DNA of 32,317 nucleotides from Dirinaria sp. TL-2023a (GCA_051941275.1 JAVEBF010000081.1:1-32317); one strand, 5' to 3'. Positions 11,474 to 23,651 are shown, numbered from the stretch's first letter. Translations and numbers: made by a program. Notes: a model not told the origin generated them from the sequence alone.

Positions 11474-12028
11474 ATGGCAAGCGCTCAGCCGAAAAGTCGG
11501 CCAGACCTCACCGAGTCTTCCATGACCATTCCCTCCGACAGTGAAAACTACTCGTCCGGTAATAATGACGTGTCTCCCTCGCCTCCCTCGTCCTCAAGCT
11601 CACCGGTGATATTGTACACCCCTCCTACAATTTGGGGTCTACTGCGAGGCGCCGCAATCAACCTTCTGCTTCCCTTCGTGAACGGCCTGATGCTGGGATT
11701 TGGAGAGCTTTTTGCCCACGAGGCCGCTTTTAGACTGGGATGGTCCGGAACAAGGGTGAGATCAGAAGGTTTCTTAAAGACATTGCAAGATTCCCGTCGA
11801 GGCTTGAAAGCCGGTCAGGATAGCTAGCAAAGCGTCTAGCTGTTACGTGCCTACTTGATCGACAAATGTCCTTGTTTCATATTCGCGAGACTGATGGGAA
11901 TTGGTATTTAGGTATTTCCTAGTGGACGAAGATCAAGACCTGCAGGACCAGGCGTGGAGATTCGAGATGACCCGCGAAGGAGACGAACATGGAACGGCGA
12001 TTTAGACGATATGACAGCATTGGAGTAG
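11474..12028 (+). CDS. MIM1: Mitochondrial outer membrane insertase Mim1/Tom13, 132 aa; exons 11474-11755, 11912-12028
   Basis: Signature AAINLLLPFVNGLMLGFGELFAHEAAFRLGW; splicing restores the conserved ..GTRVFP; 156-nt intron GTGAGA..CTGAT..TTTAG. Confidence 0.93.
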
Positions 12029-12439
12029 GAGGTGCAATTGCAAGGTCAAGAGAAGGATTGCACCAGCAATGACGCCCGCAGAAGAGCGTATTTGGATCTT
12101 TGATACTGTGGGTAGACGTAGCGCGCAGCATCGAACCATCCGCATGGTCAAATAGCTGGTTTAGGATTGTCTGAAAAACAATTTTTCAGAAAACCCAACA
12201 TTGAGAATTCACAGAGGGCGTTGCAAGCAGATCCATTCATACACATAATTGGCGAGGTCTACATGTAAAGTAGGAGAGCCTACAGCATCTACACAAAAAT
12301 GATAGAGTATTATATTGCTGTGCTTATTTCGCGCTTGCGGAACGTCTAATAAAATATACGTCGGCAAAGTTGCCTTGGCAAGCCATATCTCAGCTTGAAC
12401 CTCTGAGCTTCTCGTAGCATCTTCAATCCGCTGGCACCT

Positions 12440-13955
12440 ATGATGATACCCGCCTGCGCTTTACGAGGGTCTACTTCCTTGTACAGATACTCATCAGGTT
12501 TTCCAAAACAAGCATTGCATAGTCGAAAGGTACTACAATTTGTGATTAGTAGAAAGCCGTTCGCGCTAATAGATGTGTCCGCAGTTGATTTCGACTTCAG
12601 TAATATCTCCATCACATTATTCCACCATCCGTCATCCCTCGTTTCGATGTCGATTACCATGGCGTGTTGCAACGAAGACGGCGGTGCCAGTGGAGAGGAT
12701 GCCAACGCCCCGCTTTGCTTCAACAATCCCAGGAGAGTCCTCGTCGTTATCAAGCGCAGAAGAACCTTTCCCGGTCCCTGCCGATGATTTTATGCCATCT
12801 TCACTGCAGGATATCACTTCAGACCTCCCTTCGATACCGGAGAGAATTGGATATTTGAAAGATTTAGGGCTTGACTATGGCTGGGGACCGACCGCTTTGA
12901 TTCAATGGCTGGTTGAACATATCCACGTGTTCACTGCCACACCGTGGTGGGCTTCAGCTCTCTTGGCAGCGCTGTGTGTTCGACTCGTCCTACTTAAGCC
13001 ATACATCGAGGCTGCCGACACCTCTGCAAGACTTGTAACCATGAAAGAGATAATCGAGCCTACTCAAGCCCGTCTCCGCGCGGCCAAATTGCAGAGGGAT
13101 CAGCAAGAAATGATGCTCGCGGCGAACGAAATCCGTGCACTATATCGGAGCGCTGGCATCAAACCCTGGAAAGTTGCGATCCCGTTCATACAGGTGCCAA
13201 TGGGGTTTGGGACCTTTAGATTGTTCCGTGGCATGGTAAACCTGCCAGTGCCCGGGCTTGAGCAAGGCGGCCTGTTGTGGATACAAGACCTTACATTAAG
13301 TGACCCTTACTTCGTGCTTCCCGCGGTTTGTGCTCTCGCCGTGCATACCACTTTCAGGGTCAGTACCTATATGCGACCGTTCGGTGATTATTAATCGTTC
13401 TGACCATCATAGCTCGGATCTGAATTCGGCAGCACCCCCGCATCAGAAAAGATGCGGAGTCTCGGACTATACATCTTACCAGTTGTGGTTGGCGGCTTCA
13501 TGATTATCTACCCTGCACTTATGCAGCTCACGTTCACTTTCACAGCCTTGTTAGGGCTTACGCAAGCATACTGTTTCCGCCAACCATGGATTCGACAGAG
13601 ACTGGGGATTCAGCCTCTTCCAGTGAAGCCTGAACAGAAAACATCGCTTCAGAAAGGCGCTCTCTATAGCTATGCGGCGCCGACTCAAACATCATCGAAT
13701 GGTACTATGAGTTCCGATCCAAACTCCAAAGGGCTCTATGGCCGTCTGACAAACAAAGCAAGACAAACTATAACGAATCCAATGTCGGAAGTGAGAGGAG
13801 CAGTATCAGAGTTGAAGAAGACTATGGGGGATTTCGCGGGTACCTCAGCCCCTGAAAAGCGAAAACATGGTCGCACAGCAGCGGAGTTACGGCAAGCGAA
13901 GGCCTACGAAGAGAAATACAGGAAACGGCAAGAAGCAAGGCGGAGACCTAAATAA
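12440..13955 (+). CDS. OXA1: Mitochondrial inner membrane insertase Oxa1 (YidC/Oxa1/Alb3), 468 aa; exons 12440-12529, 12585-13358, 13413-13955
   Basis: Arg/Ser-rich presequence; IGYLKDLGLDYGWGPT, PWWAS, LFRGM..LPVPGL..GG.LW..DLT.SDPY..LP; basic C-terminal tail. Confidence 0.93.
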
Positions 13956-14226
13956 TCTAATCATAATGGCATAAGAGGGTCAGTATGTAAGGAGAGCCGG
14001 CTGCTCTCTTTGATGCCTGCTGCGCCTGCGCTATTAAGATCCAGCACTTGTTCTTTGTCCAGTTGGGATATTCAGATTGTGAATGCCACATTCAATTCTG
14101 GACCACAATGTCTTGAGCCGGGGCTTCCACCAATCTGGCGTGTTATAGAGCTAGCGGATATGGCCAAGGCTTGCAACTTACACATGTGATTATTCTTCAT
14201 TTATCACGGTTCATCTCTGCTCCCAG

Positions 14227-14700
14227 TCAGAAGACTTTGAACGTGCGGAAAGGTCTTCCTTTTTTCCGGGGTCGTTTTACAGGTTCTTTGATACCCTTTA
14301 GCCACTTCCGTTTAATATCCAGCTTCATGCCGTAGTAGAGTCATCATTGGAATACAAATTCTAAACATAGCAAGCTCCTGGTCAAATTCTACAGGAAATC
14401 TGATTCAACAGTCAGGTCCCCCTTTACAACTTTGTCGAATTCATCAGATATTGCATCACAGTTACGATTGGAAGCGAACAGCCAGGCGTTTTGAAGCACT
14501 GCGGCAACAGTTGAAGCATAAGGCACATGATTAGTGGTACTTAACATCTGTCCACTGTGGAGCTTGAATTCAAAAGTCCGCCTGAAGAATTTCCAAGGAT
14601 TGGGTCGAGCGTCTGCAGCACAGCATGACAGTCAGGGTTCCGTCTCACGGTCTACTTGCAATAGCAGATTCTTACAGATTAGTAACGGAATATTTCAGCT
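14227..14700 (-). pseudogene. Possible decayed gene fragment
   Basis: Intron-like GTAAGA..CTGAC..TGCAG (14675-14613) followed by one frame ARPNPWKFFRRTFEF..DEFDKVVKGDLTVESDFL*..FQ**LYYGMKLDIKRKWLKGIKEPVKRPRKKG with three in-frame stops. No family recognised. Confidence 0.2.
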
Positions 14701-15906
14701 GGCTCTTGAGAAATGCATGCTACTAATCTAGGGAGTGTTTGAGTATAGCAGTAACGAGCATGGATTGGCTTTGACCTTTAGCCCATCAGCGCTACACATC
14801 CTAACACCCAACCGTGCTGCCAGCTTTGAACCACAATACCTCCCGGGACCGACGTCTATAGCTCTTGTTTTTGGCGGAGAAGATCTGAGCTCGTCCATTT
14901 CCTTCTACTCGTAGTCTTTCAGCGCGTTCTCCTACTGCTAAAAAAAGATGGTGCAGCGCTCGTTTTCTGTCAGGGAAAACTTCAGACTTGAGTTAGCGAC
15001 GGCCAGTGTGGACACTATGGAGTGTCTTTCTTTATTGTTGGACCATTCTATATGATTCATTTGACTGCTCAATGAGGGATGTGTTCCTAGTCATATGCTG
15101 TAGGTACACGGATTTCGAATGCAGCAATTATGCTATATCATAAACCTGTCCTCGTTAGACCGCAGCCTGTTCAGGCTACTTCAAGCATTTTATAATGTAT
15201 CTCTCTTTCTTTCGCGTGCTCCCAGTGATACATGGAGCGCTAAGACTACATGTATACATGTAGAGAGAGGCCTGTTAATGTTCTGCTGCCGATGTCTTTA
15301 GCAAACCTACCTACAAAGGTGAAAATTAGGACTAATGAGCGATCTTCTGGATGCCCCGGTCGAATACGCATTTGCGCAGCTGTTAACGGGATAAGCCTAT
15401 CCTTGTCCTGTCTCATATTATTCGAATCGTGCTCAAACGCTCTAACAAGTGCTTGGAGGACTCAGTACTGTGCTTGATGGGCCCAAAGCTTCTCTTACAC
15501 CAGATTTAGTTGGTCATCAAAATCAAACTTCCTACCTAGTTTCTACAAATCCTGCTAGCACTGGAGCTTCAAACCAGCATCGCTCATTTTAGTTTGTCGA
15601 TAACGTCGCAGCGCAGAACTCCCAGCATGCAGTCAACCTGTCTAGGTAGGTACAACAAGAGCTTTCAATGGGAAGGGTAACATGCGAGAAAGCCGAGGTT
15701 GTCTGGGACACGTACAAATCGGACACCGAGGCCACTAACCCCAAACTCTGCATACTCGCGTTCTCCTGGATCAGGGTTGGGAAACGCACCCTTTACAATC
15801 AGCGGTGTGTTTCCGATCTAGTGCTTTTGGATTGGCATGCGAAATATTTATCCTATTCGTCCACCAGCCATCTCCCGTTTAGTGCTCTGGTGATACTTCA
15901 AATCCC

Positions 15907-15932
15907 AAAAAAAGAAAAAAAAAAAAAAAAAA
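15907..15932. repeat. Poly(A) tract A7-G-A18
   Basis: Read directly in the OXA1-SDR intergenic region. Confidence 0.9.
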
Positions 15933-16400
15933 CCGTCCGTTCCCAAAGGAGAAACTGAGATAAGTACGGCGATACGCGGCAATAGTCACAGGCTGCTAGT
16001 ACCTACCGTGGACTGCGCTGGCATTGCCTTGGTGATGCGATTATTGAACATTTCAATTCATTTTACTGAAAAATTAGTTTATTCGGCGGGCTAGCCTGCT
16101 TACGATATAGGGCATGCCTATGGCTTCTTCGATAGGTATTGAGATTTTCAATTATTGTGTTGTATAATAGAGCACATTGCCTTTATCGCCTATAAAGCTT
16201 CGCTGGCTTCCTCCACCGCATAATGGACGACTACATCGCATTTCGACTATTAGGATAGACCAAAAGAGTAAAAGCAAAAGATGGGCAGCCGTAGATTTGT
16301 AGTCGCGAACCCAAAACAGGTCGAACACGGTTTCGTCGTTCTGTGACGCGATCTGAGGGGAAGTGCACCGACATAGATCTTCTCCTTCCATGGGAGGACC

Positions 16401-17207
16401 CTACTTGGCCCCAGCAACCTTCGCATAATCCGGACCAAACTCGCCATACCACCTCTGCAAGATCTTCTGACTCATTCCCGCCCCGATAACGTCCTCGTCG
16501 GCCTCCCAGCCCCTGATCAACTCCTGCATAAACTCTTCCACACTCAATGAGTTGCTGTTCTTCTCCTTCTTGTTATCATCCGGATCATCACGTTCCCGAT
16601 GAAGATCCGTCGCGACAGTAGGCGGCGCAATCTCGACCACTTTAATCTTGTTGGTGGCTTCGTCGCGTGCCAGTTGTGTACGCAGGTTCATGCTCCACAT
16701 GTGCACCCAGGCTTTAGTTCCATTGTAGACCGGGTTGATGATGCTAATGGGAAGATAGCCGAGGATGGAGGAGACGTTCATAATGACGGCGCCGTGTGGC
16801 TTTGATCGGAAATGCGGGAGGAGAGCAATGGTTAGGTGCATCGGCCCCCGAATATTAACATCAATCTCCTGGTCGGCCTTTTTAAGGCTAAAGTCCTTGG
16901 TGATGTTTAATGGCCGCTGTATGCCGGCGTTATTGATCAAGCAGTCAGTCTCGGGATGGTCTTTGACAAGGCGGTCGATGAATGGGGAAATGCTGGCAAT
17001 GGAGCCCGTGTCTAGTGTATAGTAGGGGGTTCCCTGGCCAAGCTTCTGTGCTGCACTTTCGAGCTTGGACTCCGTGCGGCCAACTATAACCACTTTTTTA
17101 CCTTGGCTGAGTAAATATTCAGCCATGGCATAGCCCAGGCCGCCGCCGCCGCCGGTGATGACGGCGCATTGAAAGGAGAGAGTCGCTGCTGCCATTGTTG
17201 GGGCCAT
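16401..17207 (-). CDS. Short-chain dehydrogenase/reductase (DltE-like), 268 aa, intronless
   Basis: TGGGGGLG Rossmann motif, LINNAGIQ, NVSS, catalytic YNGTK (YxxxK), VVEIAPPTVATDL typical of DltE-like SDRs. Confidence 0.92.
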   Translation of the reverse strand: MAPTMAAATLSFQCAVITGGGGGLGYAMAEYLLSQGKKVVIVGRTESKLESAAQKLGQGTPYYTLDTGSIASISPFIDRLVKDHPETDCLINNAGIQRPLNITKDFSLKKADQEIDVNIRGPMHLTIALLPHFRSKPHGAVIMNVSSILGYLPISIINPVYNGTKAWVHMWSMNLRTQLARDEATNKIKVVEIAPPTVATDLHRERDDPDDNKKEKNSNSLSVEEFMQELIRGWEADEDVIGAGMSQKILQRWYGEFGPDYAKVAGAK

Positions 17208-18049
17208 AGGAATTTGTGACTACTAGCAGGTTCGAGGTTTGAAGCAGTGCTAATTCATGGATTTGTGGCAATCGAGTGGATGTGCGACGGTAGTCTCCTG
17301 GGAGAAAGATCCGACCTGGAAATCTCAAGTACCATAAGTCAGAGACCGAATCTTTGACAGGATGCGTGGACATGCAGCCATGACGTCTTCAGACGGGGAT
17401 TTTCCAGGGCACCCACAATTTGCATCTTGCCAGAAAGATTAGCCTTCGTTCCCGTCTTTCTATGGTAGCTTTTTGACCAAAGGAGCTATGAATGTTCTTG
17501 GCTTGAGGACTGTATCCGATATCATGTGGTTAAGGACTTGCTGGAGAAATATCGGCATAGCAGCGATGACCGAGAATCTCACCGCCATTGTGACTGGTGG
17601 CGTGCCTTTTCTTGCTTCTTCTTCTCTTGCTGCAGGTAAATCTTTGGGCAATCCGGGAACAGCGGAGCGGTCGCCGGTCTGGCTCGTCTGGGTAGGACGG
17701 AACGGGAAAACGCAATCCCGCCACCTACCCAGTCTCGCCAGTTCGACGAAACCCAATCAGGAAAGAGTGCCGCAATGGAAGACATCATCATGGCGCCGGA
17801 CAATAAGACTCCTTGTTCAGGGACCTCCTTTGAGACACGCTAGCTTACTACGATCATGTTGGCCCATTTGAATCTTAAGAGCATATCCCTCACAACTGTG
17901 CTAATTGTCCTTCACTGGCCCTGCCGCGAAGTGGGGTCAAGAACTGCGGACGAGTGAACTGTACATTCGTCCAGGTATCGTTCGTAGAAGCTACTGAGAA
18001 GAGGTAGATTTTGTACAGCCATCAGGGCCGCGGTTGCCGATGACCCCGG

Positions 18050-20388
18050 CTATCGACCCGGTTCTTCCGGGCGGTATTGCAAAGACTATCAGCATTAAGT
18101 CAGTATTATGTGAAAAACAGACTTGTCGGATATGTTTTCCAAACAGACGTACCTGCCATTGCAATGCCGAGAAACCAATGATTGTATTGAAGGCTTCGTC
18201 CCGGTCTTTCATTGCCTCCAGTACAATAGAGCTACCGTCGGTAAAAGTAAGCTCTAGTTGCTCCAAAGCTTTCCGCGTCACGCGAGCAAGGGTCGACCTA
18301 TCCAGTTTCCTCATCTCTGCAAGTTCGGGAAATGTACGCCGCCAAAGCTCCTTCTGCTTCGGGCTTCGAACGAAACGAATGCCGTTCGTGTAGACAATGA
18401 AGCGGCCAGTGGTCTTGTCCGAGCGCGCTTTGAAGGCAACAATGTCACGGCTATCGAGAATACTATACGATGAATCGGCGCTGTGCCAGGATGCACCATC
18501 ATCCTCCCCATCGTGTTCCTCGGTACCGGCCGGCTGGGTAACCTCAATGGGAATCTTGGGCAATGCAGCGATCTGACCTGCATAGTTTTCAAGATATGGA
18601 CGAGCTGTCCCTCGATCATGGCTATCCTGTACACTTTTGCTGATGATTTGCTCACGGTTGAGCTGCGCTCGACGTCGTAGATGTTGAAACGACCATTCCG
18701 CTGGTGAAAAAATCTCATTAGTTACGAAGCTAGTACTGGGATGATCTGCATACCGTCCGTAGGTATATCCCAGAGCACCCACTTGACGGGGCTGGTAAGA
18801 TAGCGATACTTTGGGTGTATACTTGCAATGGGCCAGCACAAAAAAAACGTACCACCGGCTACAAAGCCAGTAATCTTTACACAGTAAGCCATGTCGCAAA
18901 AAAGAGTGATTAGAAGGCAGGATGCGAAGAACCAGAGGGTAGAAGCGGTCTTTCTGGGGTACATCCATTGGTAGAAGCTGGATCGGTAGGTCAACAAACT
19001 GAACGCTATGGCGGTTGGTAGACTTACTTGGAAAAGACTTCGAGCATATTCGCAATATCGCCGAGCTGTAGCTGAATGTACGGCCCCATTTCTTGCATTA
19101 AAGGCTCGATCCAGTTCTCGCTACCATGCTTGTCGATGAGCTCGCTGATCCTGTACGCAGACTGATGCAAGTCATGCGCTCGTTGCATCGAAGTTCGAAG
19201 GGAATCGACCGAAGTAGGATAGTACCGACTCTTCAGTACGATATAAAGGATATAAGCGTACTGCTTTCTTTTTCAGACTTAACCAACAAACACAGAATCA
19301 TGACGAAACCTACGAGAAAGCCGATAAGATGATTCGTGTACCAAAGGATGATGTACAGAACAAACCACTTTAGCGTGGTGAATGGTTGCTCCCATCTGTA
19401 GACAGATCGGACATCCATGGCCCAAGCTTGCCAAGGAGCACTGGCAAATATTATCCGTTCTACGTGCCGCCTGACGCTGTCGATCTCGTACGGCAGCGTT
19501 TCAAATTCGTCATGGTACTGGGCGCTGAAGTCTTGGGTGTACCATACCAGGACCTGCAGTGATTCGTCGCCTATCAGTAGGGAATTTCAAAGGGGAAGAA
19601 GGTACTCGTACATGTCCAATCCATTTCAGCCAATCATATCGTGCCCAGTCCCTCTGTTCTTCAGCATTCTTGAGGAACACATTCAGGGCCGGGTAGTCCA
19701 AATGCCTCTTTGGTACAACTCTCACCCTAGTGACAAATCTGCTTGTTGTCCATGCTACTCGCAGGCTCTCCCTATGCGCTTTCATCTCATCAATCCTTTC
19801 TTTATGACCTTCGACCAACCAGTTCTTATCGTCATCAGAGGTGGCCTGGATCGAAGACCTCGAGCTTTCTGCGCGGTCGAGCCGATCATGGGCCTCGAGG
19901 AACTCCAAGTCAGCGTCTTTGGAGAGGTATGGTCGCTGAACTTTCGACAATTTGCTGGCCGTCGTCCTTGTAGCCTTGCCTTTGATGGCATCCTTGGGCC
20001 TGGCAATGCTCGTTACAACAGCGCCCAAGCCCGCAGCGGGACTGGCTACCCCCGCCCGGTTCTTCTTCTGCTGCTTATCCAACAGAAACCCCGGGTTGAA
20101 AGCAGGGTCATTTCTGACATCCTCCGCGACATCAACCTCGCAATGTTGTACTTGCGCATCATCGATGCCCAGCAACTTCTTAGTCTTTTCTTTGGCTTTT
20201 TCCTTTAGGCTTCGCAATCTAGCTTTCTTTGTAGGATTTGGACGAGAATCGACGTATCCATCTTCTGTGTCGGCTTCATCCTCTTCAAAGGATAGCCGAT
20301 CGGCTTTGGCCAGGTTTCTATCCTGATAGCCGTAGGATGAGTCTGAATCTGACTGGCACGCCACCAAATGCGGGGAGGATGACCGCAT
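18050..20388 (-). CDS. Uncharacterised membrane protein, 685 aa; exons 20388-19612, 19553-19314, 19260-19028, 18977-18754, 18700-18153, 18085-18050
   Basis: Five canonical introns give an uninterrupted 2058-nt frame. Two hydrophobic hairpin-like regions (YRWEQPFTTLKWFVLYIILW; FYQWMYPRKTASTLWFF..W.IPTD.EW) and a C-terminal GRAM/PH-like segment (GRFIVYTNGIRF..RDEAFNTIIGFS.LQWQ). Domain names are inference. Confidence 0.8.
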
Positions 20389-20850
20389 TTGAACAACAAA
20401 ACATCAACAAGCAGTGACAATTCAAAGAGTAAAGTATGACGAGGGTGCCCTTTCGGGCCTCCTGGATATGACAAAGTCCAAGTGCAAGATAACATGTGGC
20501 CTGTCAGGGCAACAACTGGGACCGTGCGTACAGCGTGCTGGAGGTATTTTCAGACATAAATCTTTGAATAGGAGATGAGACGAGTACATCGAAGCCATGA
20601 GACAAAAGGGAGCTTTGAAAAAAAAGCTGGATTGCTACCTAAGTGGTCGAGATTTGGCACACACACGCGCTCATGTTTGCCCAAATAGAGCCGGGTTTTT
20701 GGGTTTTAGTCGCTCCAGCCCGCTTTTAAGCCACATCTAGACCAGGGAGAGTCAAGACCGCAGGGGCGGAGGGCAACAGCCAACAGAGCACCATAAAACC
20801 CTGACTAGCGCAATTTGGCTTATTATTACTCGGGTTAGACAGCGAGCTAC

Positions 20851-21103
20851 TACCTGACCTTAAGGTACATACATAGGTACCTTAGGTAATACCTTAATTA
20901 TCCACCTGTTGAACGACCTGATCTTGGTGTGCAGGGCTATTGGCTCCAGCCCGCTTGTGGCCACATCTAGCCCCACGACATACAGTAAAGTAAGGTACAT
21001 CATCTCGCGCCACAGAACCCCCACCCCCTGCATCTGGCGGAAAAGGTCAAATACAAGAGTTACCTACAGTACTGATACAGCACTGCATAAGATAGGTACC
21101 TTA
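20851..21103. promoter_or_regulatory. Cluster of TAAGGTA/TACCTTA elements (20861, 20878, 20890, 20991, 21097)
   Basis: Five exact copies in ~250 bp between the Mo-enzyme 3' end and the membrane-protein start. Regulatory role is inferred. Confidence 0.45.
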
Positions 21104-21178
21104 TCGGTCAAGACTGATATTTACGAAAAGGACCAGTCGTCATAATAGCCACCCAAGCTCTGGAGAAGGTACAATTGC

Positions 21179-22400
21179 TCAGCGCACTGTCAGATTGCTC
21201 GACTCTCCATAACCATTATATACGCAGCCTCGGAAATTCCATTGAGGATTGGGATCCTGAGTGTTCCCTCCTCTGTCGATGGCTCGGGACAATACTCGTC
21301 GACCCTTTCCTCTTTCCATTTTCACCGTAGCCTTCCAAAGAACCCAGCTCCATTTCCCTCCTTTCTTCGATTGACTGCTGATCTCCGCCTCTATCCACGA
21401 TTTACCGTTGTCAGTTGATACCTCCACCTTCGTGACCGGTCCTTGATCTCCGCAAGGCAAAGCGTATCCTCTAACCTCAAGCTTTCCCTTGTTGGACACA
21501 GTGACTGTCTCCTCCGACAGGGGCTCTGCGATGATGGAGTTGCAAGGCATATCAAGCAAACCTGGGGTGATAAGCCAATACTCCTTGGCTTTTTCTTTAT
21601 CGGTCGCTTGTGGTGGTAGCACTTTGTAGTCATAGAGTTGATAGTGATTGCTCGATTCTTCCTCCTGGACAGTGACCCTATCAAGCCATTTGACCGACCT
21701 TGCTCCTGCCACTCCAGGTACAATGACTCTGACCGGATAGCCGTGATTCGGTGTCAAGAGTTTCCCATTCATCTAGAGCACGTAAGCTCATTGCGAATGG
21801 TAAGGGGACTTCTTCAAATCACTACCATACCTCTAGTGCTAGGATAACATCTGCATCATCTCTCATCGCTCGCGTTAACGGTACGCTCCCGCCGTACCAA
21901 GTATCATCCTGGACCTCAGCCAAATTGCACGCAAAGGCTACGTGGCCTGTGGCTTCCACAAGCAGATTGATACCCGCCTCGTTCAGGACGTCTTTAAGCC
22001 TAGGCCCTTTCCAGGTACAATTCATGACTGCTCCGTCACCCCAGTCAATGCCGGAAACTTCCTTAAGCCGGGTACGCATGCTATGCCGTCGAAGGCCGGC
22101 GCATTGAAGAGCACAGGTAACTTCATGCTGCTTATAGCGATTTCTGAGATCTCGAATAGAGAGGGAAAGCTTCTTCTTCACGGCTCCATCAACTCGAACT
22201 CTGTGCTCGTTCTCTTCAATCACGCATATTGCGCCATGGTTGCGGTCATAGCCATTACATTCAGTGATGAAGCTACAGGTCTTTAGAAAGAATCAAAAAT
22301 GTAGAGTTAACCAATGCAAATGATGGTGTTACCTTGAAATCAATTCCTTGACAGGGGGTTCTCGATTCAATGGGTCCTTCGCGGAATATTCGTATTTCAT
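21179..22400 (-). CDS. Sulfite oxidase family molybdopterin oxidoreductase without cytochrome b5 domain, 367 aa; exons 22400-22333, 22272-21831, 21772-21179
   Basis: PLNREPP, YDRNHG, LQCAG.RR (Mo-ligand Cys), W.G..L.DVL, YGGSVPL, MNG..L...HGYPVRVIVPGVAGARSVKWL, dimerisation domain (V.GYA, VEVS.D.G..W, WNFRG). Confidence 0.92.
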
Positions 22401-22412
22401 GTTTATTCTCAC

Positions 22413-22596
22413 TAAGGTACATCGAGGCTTTAAAGTACCTTAATCTTCTGTGTTGTGAGACAAAGGAGACGGCAAATCATAAATCAACTTTGAAGGAACA
22501 GTGCCCGCCGTGAAGAAGTCAACTTTTTAGGTAAGGTGAGGCAGGTGGGGCAAGCACACCTTACCTACTGTACCTACTTCCTTTGCCGTTACCTTA
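22413..22596. promoter_or_regulatory. TAAGGTA-type elements and 11-bp inverted repeat TAGGTAAGGTG..CACCTTACCTA (22528-22538 / 22557-22567)
   Basis: Exact copies at 22413, 22436 and 22590 plus the inverted pair, immediately upstream of the Mo-enzyme ATG (22400). Confidence 0.45.
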
Positions 22597-22958
22597 CGAA
22601 CTTCAACATCTCAATAAACCAGCTTCGGAACTCTCATGCATATTTAGTGGTGCCCAATCATCCGATGCGTGTTATTTGCTGCGATACGCAAAGTTCACTG
22701 CGTGTAAATCTCGGGCCAAATTGCCCAAAGCGCAATTGCCACGTCTCTACCATCGTTCTTATAGCGCGAAGCACCATCCATTCTTTTCTCGATAACAGGG
22801 TCCTGGATTGCTCGCGAAGGTGGTCTGCCAATATTAATGCAGCAAATAGTTCAGGTTGTTCTGCTGGAATGGTCATGCACGTATCCAACCACTCAATCGG
22901 AATCCTTAGACGAAGGTGGCAATGCATGGTCGCGAGGTCTTCTTCACACCTCTCGCTT

Positions 22959-23651
22959 TCAGTCCCCCGGTAGTCTCATGTAATAATCTATTGCAGTGCT
23001 GAAGGCTGCGAAACCTGCACAGCCGAGAGCAGCCGCCTGAGGTCCAGCTTTGATCCCAAGCATGCCTCCTGTAATACATCCAGCGGCTACACTGTTTTTT
23101 AAATCATTCTTGCCACGATACTGTGAATGGAAAAAATAATCAGCATGAGTCCAAAGGTTTGGAAGGTGCGCACAATCCGCGTACTCCTTCGATACAACAT
23201 TCCGTACCAGCGTACATCGCCCCTATCATCCCAAAATTCTTCGCTGAACTGTATGATCTAGATCCCATATCTTTGAAACCGCGCCGTAGTTGCTCTCTCA
23301 ATTTTAAATCTGCGAGTTGCTGTCCCGATGCACTTAATGGCGTGTCGTAACTCATCTTCGACCGAATCAGCTTAAGAGTTGGATGGAGGAAGTGACGGGT
23401 GTGCACCATACACTGGACATGAAAAGGCCAAACATGCCGCCGAAAAGAAAACCTGCACCACCAGATAGGATGGTCTTGCCAGCACAGCTCTCCATAGCAC
23501 CTGTCATCTGTGACAATCAGTTCCTCAAACTGACGCACTCACAATGCGAGCTTTCGCTTACTGCTCTGACCACGGCCTGCTCCTGATCGCTCATACCGGC
23601 TGTGTCTCCATTTCGGCCAAAGCTTCGACCGGGCGCACCCGGGAAATTCAT
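22959..23651 (-). CDS. TIM22: Mitochondrial carrier translocase subunit Tim22, 172 aa; exons 23651-23562, 23507-23412, 23355-23185, 23120-22959
   Basis: [80 protein letters not shown]; intron 2 uses an AAG acceptor. Confidence 0.96.

Noticed and set aside
19417..20208. 263-aa plus-strand ORF
   Set aside because: Antisense shadow of the spliced membrane-protein gene; no recognisable motifs.
22658..22927. 89-aa ORF just downstream of TIM22
   Set aside because: No motif or family; lies in probable 3'UTR/promoter space; length compatible with chance.
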